From Eledone cirrhosa (taxonomy: Eukaryota), in assembly GCA_964016885.1 (NCBI GenBank), contig OZ024756.1:14384001-14448000 (forward strand): DNA of 64,000 nucleotides, read 5' to 3'. Positions 38,565-53,099 of this stretch are shown here, one piece after another. Numbering within the stretch: the first letter of the stretch is position 1; every line of letters begins with the position of its first letter. The notes below the pieces were generated by a model. That model worked only from the letters and a program-made list of their open reading frames with translations, made no database searches and was not told where the DNA came from. A program made the position numbers and the translations under genes.

Positions 38565-39459
38565 TATTTATTTCTATATTTCTCTCTCTATATATATATC
38601 TTTATATTGATATACTTCTCTCTTCTCCACAGATAAGGTATGTCAGACATATTTTCTAAAGACCTTTGAAGGACAAACACCATGAAGAAGAATAACCAAA
38701 TCACAAGACAACAGACACGATAAATTAATCCCTACCCAACCACTTTGAAAGAAAAAAAAACATAACAAATCTGTATTAATTTAATATAAATTAATATAAA
38801 CCTTAATTTATAATTTTAATTAATCTAAAAAAAAACAAACAAAATTTTAATAACCGAAATTTTGAAATCTTGAAAAACACTTTTTGGTAAACTTGCCCCC
38901 GACTGGATTTTGATACTTATTTCTCGATAACTCTGCTGTAGCTACTATAGCAAAAGAACACACATATATAAACACACACACACACGCATGCACAGAGCCA
39001 CAAACATGAACACACACATGCACACATACAAGAAGAACATATTTCCATACAGTCATGTATGAAGTATAAGCCTGCCTCCTGCCTGCCTTGCAAGTAAATC
39101 TGTGACCTCCATGGATGTCACTCGTCCGCCTGACTTTTCGTGCAGCCACATTTCGTATCCTGTGTCTTTCTTATTTCTGATCTGGATTTTACAGACCGGC
39201 TTCTTCTCTTTAATCAATATAGTGAAGTAATTAATTAATTAATTAAGTAATCAATCAATTAATTACGAAAAAAATTTAAAATAAAAAATCAAAACAAAAA
39301 AATATAAAATTTATAAAGAAAATCTCTGTTTCTACTAATATACATCTATACACACTCACACACATACTTCATATACATATATATATATATAATATATATA
39401 TATATAATATATATATATATATAGGTATTAAAGTATATATGTAAACCTATAGGTGTGTG

Positions 39460-39519
<60 letters not shown>

Positions 39520-39786
39520 ATAATATTAAATATGGATGTGTGTATATATATTGGAAATAATAGCAAATTTTACTGGAACAATGGGTAAAAAGTAGAATGA
39601 TGACAATTGAAAACTGGGCATGGCTACAGATTCAGTGTCTTTTCACTGTTCTGTCCGAAAATGATAATCTGATTGGATTCCATTGAACAAGATTTCACCT
39701 CCAAACCTTGTTTCTCAAAAGTCTTATGTGAACTTTAAACATTGCCCCAAACCCCTCTAGTACCACAAAACATGGAACATAAACAT

Positions 39787-39836
<50 letters not shown>

Positions 39837-39917
39837 CATACTTGTGTGGCATATTGTTCAAACAAACAATGATCTTGTGCATTTGTATGTATGTGTACAC
39901 ATGTATATACATACACA

Positions 39918-39956
<39 letters not shown>

Positions 39957-40547
39957 ATGTGTATATATATATCTATCTATATATATATATAAATACACGC
40001 ACATATGTATGTATGCACATATATATATATATATATATATATAGATAGATACATATATAGCTGTGGGTCTTCTTTCTCTCTTCTTCTACACAATGAATGT
40101 GGCCACACTTTTTTCTTTCTTTCTTTAATTTATTCATTAATTTTTCTGTAATTTCAAACAATTTTCTCAGAAATGAAGTTTTTCTTGTAACGTTTCTTTA
40201 TTGTTATTATTATTATTATTATTATTATGATTATGATGATTATTATTATTATTATTATTATTTCTGCTCTCTCTCTCTCTCCCTCTCTCTCTCCACCAAA
40301 GTAAAAAAATAATGAAACCAAAGAAATTGATTTTCTTTAACAAGTTGTTGTTGTTGTTGTTAATGCAAATAATAATTTTAATATCTTCTCATGAAATACT
40401 TTTACTTTTTTTATGGGAAGAGAGAGGGAGAGAGAAAAGATGGTGAAATAAGAAAGAATGCCTCCCACTACCTCTCCCTCCGCCACCACTCATTAATAAT
40501 TTGCAGTCACATGACTAGAAAAAGATTAATATACATATATCATGTAC

Positions 40548-40591
<44 letters not shown>

Positions 40592-40865
40592 GTTCATCTA
40601 TATAATATATATAATCTATGAATTAGAACTAGGGTAGTTGTCAATAATTTTGGGGTGAGGAGGGGTGGGGACACAGTAACATGACAAGTCAAGTAATAAC
40701 AATGGCAGACAGACTCAGATTATTTCAGACAGTGCACCACACATGCACCACGCAGTCGCAAAATACCGCACACGCGTGTACACACAAACTTATGCAATGC
40801 ATTCATGCACATTTGTTCGTGTCAATAGATAAATATACAAATATATATATATATATATATGTATA

Positions 40866-40904
<39 letters not shown>

Positions 40905-40939
40905 GAGAAAAAAGAACTCAATACATAATATTGAGTATG

Positions 40940-41085
40940 AATATATTTCATTTTTTGAAATTGATAAAACAAAAACAAAAATGCTTTAGTAATTATTCGG
41001 ACACATAAATTCTGTGCTTGATATCTCATTGACAAAATTCTTGTGCCTGATAAATATTACAGCTATATTTTTCATTTTCAAAAAT

Positions 41086-41095
<10 letters not shown>
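40940..41095. mobile_element. Degenerate foldback element between (TA)n tracts
   Basis: TTTTGAAATTGATAAA / TTTTTCATTTTCAAAA and GTAATTATTCGGACACATAAATTCTGT / ACAAAATTCTTGTGCCTGATAAATATTAC inverted pairs. Confidence 0.5.
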
Positions 41096-41124
<29 letters not shown>

Positions 41125-41767
41125 TACATATATGCATATATATATATATATATATATACATACATATATATATATACATATTTATATATACAAACATATA
41201 TATATATAGATATATACATACATACACATATATGTATTAAGTGGAGATTACTCTATGGTGCCCTATGTCGTCGACAGCATGTTAAAGGTTAAAATAGTAA
41301 TATTTATTCGTTGCTATGAATTGTGGGTGCCACTATATCCATAATATTAATAATAATAGTAATAATGATTTCATTTATTGGCAACAAGGGCAATAATAAT
41401 AGTAATAATAACAATAGTAATGATAATAATGTTGATGGCGATGATGATGATGATGATATGAATAATAAAAGCAATTAGTGTTAAACAGACTGATATTTGC
41501 TGGTTTGTTTTTAGTTGATAATTCTGTGAATATTTTCTTTTTTTTTATGTTATAATAAATTAAATTTTTTGTTATTACTGCTGTTGAAATATAATTGATT
41601 ACTTAATTAATGATATCATATAATTACTGAACAACAAAAGGTATCATTGTCTAAATCAGTGGTTCCCAACATGGGTGCACACCCGACAGGGGGGCAATTT
41701 GAAAATGATGTTAATGAGCGCAAACTTCAGATTTTACCCTATAACTTTTACACTGAGGCAACTTATG

Positions 41768-42710
41768 GTCAGAAACTCCTGTCTCACCTCCTCCACACAT
41801 GTTATTGTACATCTGGCACCACCTATACCAAGGTAACTTTGGTAGACATTACTGTCAGAAACTCCTGTCTCACCTCCTCCACACATGTTATTGTACATCT
41901 GGCACCACCTATACCAAGGTAACTTTGGTAGACATTACTGTCAGAAACTCCTGTCTCACCTCCTCCACACATGTTATTGTACATCTGGCATCACCTATAC
42001 CAAGGTAACTTTGGTAGACATTACTGTCAGAAACTCCTGTCTCACCTCCTCCACACATGTTATTGTACATCTGGCACCACCTATACCAAGGTAACTTTGG
42101 TAGACATTACTGTCAGAAACTCCTGTCTCACCTCCTCCACACATGTTATTGTACATCTGGCACCACCTATACCAAGGTAACTTTGGTAGACATTACTGTC
42201 AGAAACTCCTGTCTCACCTCCTCCACACATGTTATTGTACATCTGGCATCACCTATACCAAGGTAACTTTGGTAGACATTACTGTCAGAAACTCCTGTCT
42301 CACCTCCTCCACACATGTTATTGTACATCTGGCACCACCTATACCAAGGTAACTTTGGTAGACATTACTGTCAGAAACTCCTGTCTCACCTCCTCCACAC
42401 ATGTTATTGTACATCTGGCACCACCTATACCAAGGTAACTTTGGTAGACATTACTGTCAGAAACTCCTGTCTCACCTCCTCCACACATGTTATTGTACAT
42501 CTGGCATCACCTATACCAAGGTAACTTTGGTAGACATTACTGTCAGAAACACCTGTCTCACCTCCTCCACACATGTTATTGTACATCTGGCATCACCTAT
42601 ACCAAGGTAACTTTGGTAGACATTACTGTCAGAAACTCCTGTCTCACCTCCTCCACACATGTTATTGTACATCTGGCATCACCTATACCAAGGTAACTTT
42701 GGTAGACATT
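41768..42710. repeat. 86-bp tandem repeat, about 11 copies, preceded by a hAT-like end (CAGTGGTTCCCAAC at 41658)
   Basis: ORF track repeats every 86 bp; units nearly identical. Confidence 0.97.
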
Positions 42711-45120
42711 AAGAGCGGGACGTTCCCAGAAAGGTCTCTAGACGTTGGAAGAAATCTGGTCGTCCTGTTGGGGCATAGACGGCTACTAGCCTGAAAGCAT
42801 TACCTTCACTGCCGGTCACATGCAGCACCACTGACTTACCTTCTGGGTCCAAGATGATGGTCCATATGGCGAGCTCGAAGCCTCTCCAAAAAAGCACAGC
42901 ATCTCCTCCACCCCACCCGCTCCCGGACGGCTGGGAGATGCATATGCATCGTAGACGCCGAAGATCGGTGCAAAGGCACGTGTTTTGGAAATTTTGGACT
43001 CTCTGATGGCCACTTCATCTATGTTTAGTGACCTAATGTCGTTAAGCAGGTGGCCCTGCTTCCAAGATGACCCCAGGCCACGTACATTTATACTGCCTAT
43101 TCTAAGTAAGGCCATGTTGGGTGAGGAATGGGGTAAGTGAGAAAGGATCACCTACCTTGATTGTGTGGGAAATTGACGGTTGAACAGTCCCTTTGGCTGG
43201 TCATGGGTGTCTCAAAGATAATGTCCGTGTATATTCTCTTGGTAACCGACCCTCTGAAGTCTCCAACTGTGTTGGGGAATATTTGTTTTAGATGTTTATA
43301 ATGTTCCAATTTAATTTCAACAATGTTTATATGTTTGGGTAATGTTCTTGGTGTTGGTGGGGTGTAGTAATTTCTGTTTATAATGTCTGTGTGCTGCTTT
43401 ATATGTTTTATGAGTTCTTTATTTGCCATGTTTATGGCTGTGTAACATTTGGGAGAGGGGAGGGTTGCTGCTGTTGGCTGTCTGTACCTTGTTGTGTTTG
43501 CGATGTTGGTGTGGTTGTTGTTGATGGTGATGCTTGTGGTGGTGATGTTGCTGCAAGTTGCCTTGCAGCCTTTACCCCTCTTTGTTTCCTTTACTTTTGG
43601 AGGGTGAAGCTAAGGGGTTCTTTCTTTTATTTTTGTGGCAGACCTTTTGCCACTCCCGCCTCACACTCCATGTGTGAGGGGTATGTGCTCCACGGCTGTT
43701 GGTGGTTGTAGTGGAGCCCGCTCCAGCAATTTTGTCATTGGTGTAGCTACTGTGACTGTAGCTATTGGTGTTGCCGCCATTGCTGTCGCTGTCTTAGTTG
43801 TCTGTGGCCTTGGTATGGGTGCCACGGACGTTGACTTACTACTCACTGTGGAAGGGTCTACCACCTCTGTTGCTTGCTCTGCTCCTGGTAGCAGCGGGCC
43901 AGGTGTCAGAAGGAGGGAAGGCGCCTTCTTCTTTGCTGTCTTCTGCAGGCAAAAGGCCCTGAGGTGACCCTTTGACCCACAAAGATAGCATTTTGGGCGC
44001 CTTCCTTTCACACTTATAGGGAGTTGGACTCCTTCGAGGTCTATAATGTCCGGGATAGCCTCAATACACTCCTGGTTAGTTTGGATTAGCATTTGCATTT
44101 CTATACCCGACCAGTTCTCCCTCCCTATCCTCTGTACTTGCAGAGTGGTCGTCCTGTCCTTGATTCCAGCAAGGACAGACGCAGCTAGCCGATGTATGGG
44201 CACATCGGGTGGGACCTGGGTCACTTTGACTATCACAATCTTCTGCCCGCAGTAAGAGGGCACGAAAACTATCTCCTCACTCTTTAGGGTTACCAAAGAG
44301 TGGGACTTCGCTGCTTGCGGGGGTGGGGTGGCATACATTTTGCCTCGGGTGATGTGGGTTTTGCGTGCCCAGACGCACCCCAAAGCCTTTTGAATTTGAG
44401 CCTCCGTGGTTCTCTCCACCCGATGTGATCTTTTGCTTACAGTGCGGTGAGTCACCGTCAGCAGCTGCTGGTCCTTGAGAAAAAATCGGGTGGAGGTTTC
44501 AGGGAGACTCGATTGGCATTTCTAGTCACCATGGCCCTTGAGACTGCCACTTCCTCCTCCGTGACTACCACTGTCACTGTCTCTATATTTCGGGCCACAC
44601 ACACAAAAGAAGTGGCCCCTTTTTCAGTGGCACCATTATTGCTGCTGCTACTGGTCTTGTTGTTGGTGTTGGGATCGTTGTTACTGCTATTGATGTTGTT
44701 ATTGTTGTTGTTTTCGTTGATACTGTTGCTGTTGTTGTTGTTTTCGTTGATACTGTTGCTGTTGTTGTCGTTATTGTTGTTTTCGTTGATACTGTTATCG
44801 TTGTTGTTGTTGTTGTTTTCGTTGATACTGTTATCGTTGTTGTTATTGTTGTTTTCGTTGAAACTGTTGTTGTTGTGACTGTTGTTATCGTTATTGACCT
44901 TATTCTCGACGTTATTTTTGTTGTTGCTGTTGTTATTAATGGTGTTGTTGTTGGTGTTAGTACTATTTAGTATTTTTAAATCTGAAACAATATCATTAAA
45001 AAGGATATTGTTTCTCTTTTCTTTCGTATTCATCTTCGCTCGAACGCTGTCTTGTTGACATGTTGACATGTTGACAAAGTCCTCCTCTCTCTGTGTCGTC
45101 TGACAGCGCTCTCTCTCTTT
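42711..45120 (-). mobile_element. L1/Tx1-clade LINE 5' part: frameshifted ORF1 (Asn-rich N-terminus, CCHC knuckle) and ORF2 AP-endonuclease start
   Basis: ORF1 CYLCGSKGHLRAFC (CX2CX4HX4C); ORF2 MALLRIGSINVRGL..IDEVAIRESK..FRLVAVYAP; ends abruptly at the 86-bp array. Confidence 0.88.
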
Positions 45121-45351
45121 CTAGTGGTATCCATGTTTGAAGGAAAAATGTTTTCAAGTAAATTTTGCAGAATACGAGACCCCATAACAGGTGTCATAAT
45201 ATTTATGAGTGAACCCCCTGTAATAAGTGGGTCACTTCCTCTAAACACTTATAAAGTTTAAAACTTGAATAAAATGTTAGAAACGGTCGAAATAGATGTA
45301 TACAGTTGAAAAAACTGGAGCCGATAAGAAGCGTGGCTTCATCTTCAATAA

Positions 45352-46845
45352 TAATTGTTTCTACTTTTGGCACAAGGCGAGCAATTAACAGTGTATTACT
45401 GGTACTTTATTTTATCGACCCCGTAAGGATGAAAGGCAAAGTTAACCTCAGCGGGATTTGAACTCAGACTGTAATAATAATAATAATAATAATAATTGTT
45501 TCTACTTTTGGCACAAGGCTAGCAATTACCTAGTACATTACTGGTACTTTATTTTATCGACTATTGAATGGGATTTGAACGTAAAGGAACGTAACTATGC
45601 TAGAAATAATAAGTGGGAATTAAAAGAGGATTTGGGATTGTCATAAGATCAAGGTGGTCCCGAGTGTCATAAGAGCACTAGGTACTATCTCGAAAAGTTT
45701 TCAAGCATGGTTAAAGAACATTAATCCAGCCCCCTTTTTTGGAACACTTCAAAAAACATGCTTGCTGGGAACAATGAGAACCCTCCAATACATCTTGAAT
45801 ATCTGAGGCTGTGGGTAATGGCTTATGTTCATTTGAACAAACTCTCCAGTTACATAACATCAATGACTGAGACTCCAATGAAAATAATTGTTTCTACTTT
45901 TTGGCACAAGGCCAGCAAATTATCCAGTACATTACTGGTACTTTATTTTATCGACCCCGTAAGGATGAAAGGCAAAGTTAACCTCGGCGGGATTTAAAAT
46001 CAGACTGGCAAGGGCCGTAACTCTATGCGTCAAAGCATGGTGTCCGACCCTCTACCGATACTGCCAAGGAACACAAAGGAGCTGGTTGGCAGATCAGCCA
46101 CCACCACCACCACCACCACCACCACCACCACCGCCGCCACCAAGATTGTGTGAAGATAAAAGTTTAGGGATGTCACCCTGTTATGAAACAAACTAGCGTG
46201 CGTATACATATATATATGTGGACAAATATAGTATATTTCTTAAAATATACATACAATATATATATGTATATGTATACACACACAGGCACAAACACACACA
46301 GGCACAAACACATATTACTTCAGGATTATCAAATAAATTCTTTTGATTGGATAATTTTGTTGTTACTTTCTTACTTTTTTTATTCAAATTTACTTCATTT
46401 TTATTGGTCAATTGCTGCTAGACACTGTTACATATAGATCATATATAATTGTTTCTACTTTTGACACAAGGCCAGCAATTACCCCAGTGTATTACTGGTG
46501 TTTTATTTTATTGATTCCGTAAAGATGAAAAGCAAAGTTAACCTCGGCGGGATTTGAACTCAGAACGTAAAGGGCCATAACTCTATGCTGAAAAGCATGG
46601 TGTCTGATGCACTACCGATACTGCCAATCCACTGCCCTTTAGATCAAATACAGGTCATATATAATTGTTTTTACTTTAGGCACAAGGCCAGCAATTACCC
46701 AGTGCATTACTGGTACTTTATTTTATCGACCCCGTAAGGATGACAGGCAAAGTCAACCTCGGCGGGATTTGAACTCAGATCGTAAAGGGACGTAACTATG
46801 CTGGAAAGCATGGCGTCCGACCCTCTACCGATACTGCCAATCCAC
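45352..46845 (-). mobile_element. Cluster of five MetaSINE-like copies
   Basis: Repeated GGCACAAGGCCAGCAATT..CTGGTACTTTATTTTATCGACCCCGTAAGGATGAAAGGC at about 45370, 45510, 45903, 46463, 46679. Confidence 0.8.
45600..45888 (+). mobile_element. R4/Dong-clade LINE 3' fragment
   Basis: IKVVPSVIRALGTISK..LQKTCLLGTMRTLQYILNI*, typical C-terminus after the restriction-like endonuclease. Confidence 0.7.
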
Positions 46846-47007
46846 CATACAGGTCACATATAATGGCCTCTGTTTTGCAGACTGAGCTGAAGATTAAATC
46901 AATAGACTCAAATCTTAGCATTGTCTTGAAGTGCTATATTGGCATGACAGAAGAGCTATTTAAAAACAAATTTTACAGTCACATATCTTATGGTAAATAT
47001 ATGGAAA

Positions 47008-47396
47008 TCATCATCATCAACGTTTTACGTCCATTCTTCCACACTAGCATGGGTTAGACGGGTTGTCCTGTTATGAGCAATGCCAGGTCAGGTGACCATG
47101 CCTTGCTTATATGGAACTGATTTTGGCTTAATTTCTACAGCTGGATGCCCTTCCTTTCACCAACCTCATTTACAGTGTCGGCAGGGGGCTTTTTTGCCAT
47201 GGCACCTCCATGACCACTTTGCAATGGAATGATATGGACCCCAGTCCTATCATCTCATTTCTACAGCCGAGTAAACTGGAACAATGTAAAATAAAGTGTC
47301 TTGCTCAAGGAAACAACACATCACCTGGTCCGAGAATTGAACTCACAACCTTTCGATTGCAAGCCCAATGCTCTAACCACTGAGCCATGCGCCTTC
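47008..47396 (-). mobile_element. Full-length tRNA-derived SINE, tail type A
   Basis: Near-identical to 6205-6592. Confidence 0.85.
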
Positions 47397-47879
47397 ACAA
47401 ATGTATGAAGAATCTTGAGTTACACCTTATACTTAAAATAAAAAAAATTTACAAACTACAATTGCAACTAGAAAATCATTTGAAAGTTGTTGGCCTTATA
47501 TATATATATATATTGCAGGAAATGATGTGGCATCTGCACCGTAAAGAAAAGACTGATCCTTAAAGTCTTACTGAAAGCAGGGATATAGTGAAATGCTAAA
47601 TCAGAAACATCCAGTAAATGTAAATATCCTGACAAATTTATATTGTACAAATGGTCATAGCTACTCTAAAGGGAATAATTGATTCATGCAGGTCTTTGTG
47701 AGGGTGCATGGATGCAGAATTTTTAGACATGCTTCCCTTTAATGCGTTTATATAGTAAAATCATTTGGAAAGCTTTCTTATAGTAGAATCAGCAATACAT
47801 TTACATAAAATGAGCACGGCACTGGTACATTTAAAAATAAAAAATGAAAAAAGGTTTATAATAAATAAATCATTTAAAA

Positions 47880-48200
47880 ATATATTTTAAGCACCTTGGT
47901 TGTGTAGCAAATTCCTCTACTACTATCTTATGACATTTTTGTTCTAAATTGCTGAGAGTCTGTTTCTTAATGGAAATATGGGCCAGAGAAACAACCATCT
48001 TTAAAGTGATCAAATTCTGTCAAAGATTAAGTAATGTATTTTGTTTTAACCAGAGTTGCACGGATGGTCAGGAAAATTTAAATAAGTCTAACAGTTTCAT
48101 AGCAATTTATGAAGTAACACTAAAATAGCATTGCTTGACCTACATTTTTTAAAGCCATTGTTATTATGCATAGAACTGAAGTCATTTACCAAGGATTTAT
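47880..48200 (-). mobile_element. Possible decayed hAT transposase C-terminal fragment
   Basis: LTIRAT..SLAHISIKKQTLSNL..VVEEFATQPR resembles the hATC dimerisation region; heavily frameshifted. Confidence 0.3.
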
Positions 48201-48231
48201 AATGAAGCCAAGCAGGATAGCTAGCAACACT

Positions 48232-51200
48232 GATGTCTTGTCTTGTGTCACTGTCATGAGAGATCATAGCTAGCAGCCCTGATGTCTTGTCTTATGTCAC
48301 TGTCATGAGAGATCATAGCTGACAACAGTGTCTTATTTTACTGTAATAACAGATCATAGCTGACAACACTGTCTTATGTTACTGTAATGACAGATCATAG
48401 CTGACAACAGTATGTCTTATGTTACTGTAATGACAGATCATAGCTGACAACACTGTGTGACTTATGTTACTGTAATGACAGATCATAGCTGACAATAGTC
48501 TTATGTTACTGTAATGACAGATCATAGCTGACAACCGTATGTCTTATGTTACTGTAATGACAGATCATAGTTGACAACACTGTGTCTTATGTTACTGTAA
48601 TGACAGATCATAGCTAACAACAGTATGTCTTATGTTACTGTAATGACAGATCATAGCTGACAACAGTGTGTCTTATGTTACTGTAATGACAGATCATAGC
48701 TGACAACACTGTCTTATGTTACTGTAATGACAGATCATAGCTGACAACACTGTCTTATGTTACTGTAATGACAGATCATAACTGGCTACACTGTGTCTTA
48801 TGTTACTGTAATGACAGATCATAGCTGACAACACTGTCTTATGTTACTGTAATGACAGATCATAACTGGCTACACTGTGTCTTATGTTACTGTAATGACA
48901 GATCATAGCTGACAACACTGTGTCTTATGTTACTGTAATGACAGATTATAGCTGACAACACTATGTCTTATGTTACTGTAATGACAGATCATAACTGACA
49001 ACACTGTCTTATGTTACTGTAATGACAGATCATAGCTGACAACACTGTGTCTTATGTTACTGTAATGACAGATCATAACTGGCCACACTGTGTCTTATGT
49101 TACTGTAATGACAGATCATAACTGACAACACTGTGTCTTATGTTACTGTAATGACAGATCATAGCTGACAACACTATGTCTTATGTTACTGTAATGACAG
49201 ATCATAGCTGACAACAGTATGTCTTATGTTACTGTAATGACAGATCATAGCTGACAACAGTATGTCTTATGTTACTGTAATGACAGATCATAACTGGCTA
49301 CACTGTGTCTTATGTTACTGTAATGACAGATCATAACTGACAACACTGTGTCTTATGTTACTGTAATGACAGATCATAGCTGACAACAGTATGTCTTATG
49401 TTACTGTAATGACAGACCATAGCTGACAACACTATGTCTTATGTTACTGTAATGACAGATCATAGCTGACAACAGTATGTCTTATGTTACTGTAATGACA
49501 GATGATAGCTGACAACAGTATGTCTTATGTTACTGTAATGACAGATCATAGCTGACAACACTGTCTTATGTTACTGTAATGACAGATCATAGCTGACAAC
49601 ACTGTCTTATGTTACTGTAATGACAGATCATAGCTGACAACACTATGTCTTATGTTACTGTAATGACAGATCATAGCTGACAACACTGTCTTATGTTACT
49701 GTAATGACAGATCATAGCTGACAACACTGTCTTATGTTACTGTAATGACAGATCATAGCTGACAACACTGTCTTATGTTACTGTAATGACAGATCATAGC
49801 TGACAACACTGTGTCTTATGTTACTGTAATGACAGATCATAGCTGACAACACTGTCTTATGTTACTGTAATGACAGATCATAGCTGACAACACTATGTCT
49901 TATGTTACTGTAATGACAGATCATAGCTGACAACACTGTGTCTTATGTTACTGTAATGACAGATCATAGCTGACAACACTGTCTTATGTTACTGTAATGA
50001 CAGATCATAGCTGACAACACTGTGTCTTATGTTACTGTAATGACAGATCATAGCTGACAACACTGTGTCTTATGTTACTGTAATGACAGATCATAGCTGA
50101 CAACACTATGTCTTATGTTACTGTAATGACAGATCATAGCTGACAACACTGTCTTATGTTACTGTAATGACAGATCATAGCTGACAACACTGTGTCTTAT
50201 GTTACTGTAATGACAGATCATAGCTGACAACACTGTCTTATGTTACTGTAATGACAGATCATAGCTGACAACACTATGTCTTATGTTACTGTAATGACAG
50301 ATCATAGCTGACAACACTGTGTCTTATGTTACTGTAATGACAGATCATAGCTGACAACACTGTCTTATGTTACTGCAATGACAGATCATAGCTGACAACA
50401 CTATGTCTTATGTTACTGTAATGACAGATCATAGCTGACAACACTGTCTTATGTTACTGCAATGACAGATCATAGCTGACAACACTATGTCTTATGTTAC
50501 TGTAATGACAGATCATAGCTGACAACACTGTCTTATGTTACTGTAATGACAGATCATAGCTGACAACACTGTCTTATGTTACTGTAATGACAGATCATAG
50601 CTGACAACACTGTGTCTTATGTTACTGTAATGACAGATCATAGCTGACAACACTGTGTCTTATGTTACTGTAATGACAGATCATAGCTGACAACACTGTC
50701 TTATGTTACTGTAATGACAGATCATAGCTGACAACACTGTGTCTTATGTTACTGTAATGACAGATCATAGCTGACAACACTGTGTCTTATGTTACTGTAA
50801 TGACAGATCATAGCTGACAACACTATGTCTTATGTTACTGTAATGACAGATCATAGCTGACAACACTGTCTTATGTTACTGTAATGACAGATCATAGCTG
50901 ACAACACTGTGTCTTATGTTACTGTAATGACAGATCATAGCTGACAACACTGTCTTATGTTACTGTAATGACAGATCATAGCTGACAACACTATGTCTTA
51001 TGTTACTGTAATGACAGATCATAGCTGACAACACTGTGTCTTATGTTACTGTAATGACAGATCATAGCTGACAACACTGTCTTATGTTACTGCAATGACA
51101 GATCATAGCTGACAACACTATGTCTTATGTTACTGTAATGACAGATCATAGCTGACAACACTGTCTTATGTTACTGCAATGACAGATCATAGCTGACAAC

Positions 51201-52675
51201 ACTATGTCTTATGTTACTGTAATGACAGATCATAGCTGACAACACTGTCTTATGTTACTGTAATGACAGATCATAGCTGACAACACTGTCTTATGTTACT
51301 GTAATGACAGATCATAGCTGACAACACTGTGTCTTATGTTACTGTAATGACAGATCATAGCTGACAACACTGTCTTATGTTACTGCAATGACAGATCATA
51401 TCTGACAACACTATGTCTTATGTTACTGTAATGACAGATCATAGCTGACAACACTGTCTTATGTTACTGTAATGACAGATCATAGCTGACAACACTGTGT
51501 CTTATGTTACTGTAATGACAGATCATAGCTGACAACACTGTGTCTTACGTTACTGTAATGACAGATCATAGCTGACAACACTGTCTTATGTTACTGTAAT
51601 GACAGATCATAGCTGACAACACTATGTCTTATGTTACTGTAATGACAGATCATAGCTGACAACACTGTCTTATGTTACCGTAATGACAGATCATAGCTGA
51701 CAACACTGTCTTATGTTACTGTAATGACAGATCATAGCTGACAACACTGTCTTATGTTACTGTAATGACAGATCATAGCTGACAACACTGTCTTATGTTA
51801 CTGTAATGACAGATCATAGCTGACAACACTGTGTCTTATGTTACTGTAATGACAGATCATAGCTGACAACACTATGTCTTATGTTACTGTAATGACAGAT
51901 CATAGCTGACAACACTGTCTTATGTTACTGTAATGACAGATCATAGCTGACAACACGATGTCTTATGTTACTGTAATGACAGATCATAGCTGACAACAGT
52001 ATGTCTTATGTTACTGTAATGACAGATCATAGCTGACAACACTGTGTCTTATGTTACTGTAATGACAGATCATAGCTGACAACAGTGTCTTATGTTACTG
52101 TAATGACAGATCATAGCTGACAACACTGTGTCTTATGTTACTGTAATGACAGATCATAGCTGACAACACTGTCTTATGTTACTGTAATGACAGATCATAG
52201 CTGACAACACTGTCTTATGTTACTGTAATGACAGATCATAGCTGACAACACTATGTCTTATGTTACTGTAATGATACATCATACCTGACAACACTGTGTC
52301 TTATGTTACTGTAATGACAGATCATAGCTGGCAACACTGTCTTATGTTACTGTAATGACAGATCATAGCTGACAACACTGGCTTATGTTACTGTAATGAC
52401 AGATCATAACTGACAACACTATGTCTTATGTTACTGTAATGACAGATCATAACTGACAACACTGTGTCTTATGTTACTGTAATGACAGATCATAACTGAC
52501 AACACTGTGTCTTATGTTACTGTAATGACAGATCATAGCTGGCTACACTGTGTCTTATGTTACTGTAATGACAGATCATAGCTGGCTACAATGTGTGTCT
52601 TATGTTAATATAATGACAGATCATAGCTGGCTACACTTATGTTGTGTGTCATAGGTTATTGTAATGACAGATCAA
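48232..52675. repeat. 41/43-bp minisatellite, about 105 copies
   Basis: Unit GTCTTATGTTACTGTAATGACAGATCATAGCTGACAACACT(+GT/AT); divergent edges, homogeneous core. Confidence 0.97.
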
Positions 52676-53099
52676 AGGTGGATTTTCAAATGTGTTCACG
52701 TTCAGAATCTTCTGATCATAATTTGTTTTTGCAGCCCTTCACCTATCGGCAACATGACTAGGGCAAAATTAAAACAATACAGTCTACTTACTTAACCCTG
52801 TAGCATTTACATTATATACACTATTGTATTTTTGTGGTAAAGGCTTTACCTTACATAATTATCTCACATAATATTGAATCTATGACGTTTTGATATTATT
52901 TATTTTGAGAACAATACCTTAACGCCAGTACAAGCAGCTGGTTATGGCTGGTTTGAACAGAAAGAGTTGAGAGAATTCTGGCTGGATACGGCTGGTTTAA
53001 ATTTTATTCATATAAACAGCAACATTTATTTAAGACAATACTTTGTTATGAAGTTCAACAAAATTATAGCCCTTGAAAGTGGTGAGTTAGAACCATTTC

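Noticed and set aside
41799-42794. Ten near-identical 69-73-aa ORFs
   Set aside because: Product of an 86-bp repeat cycling through reading frames
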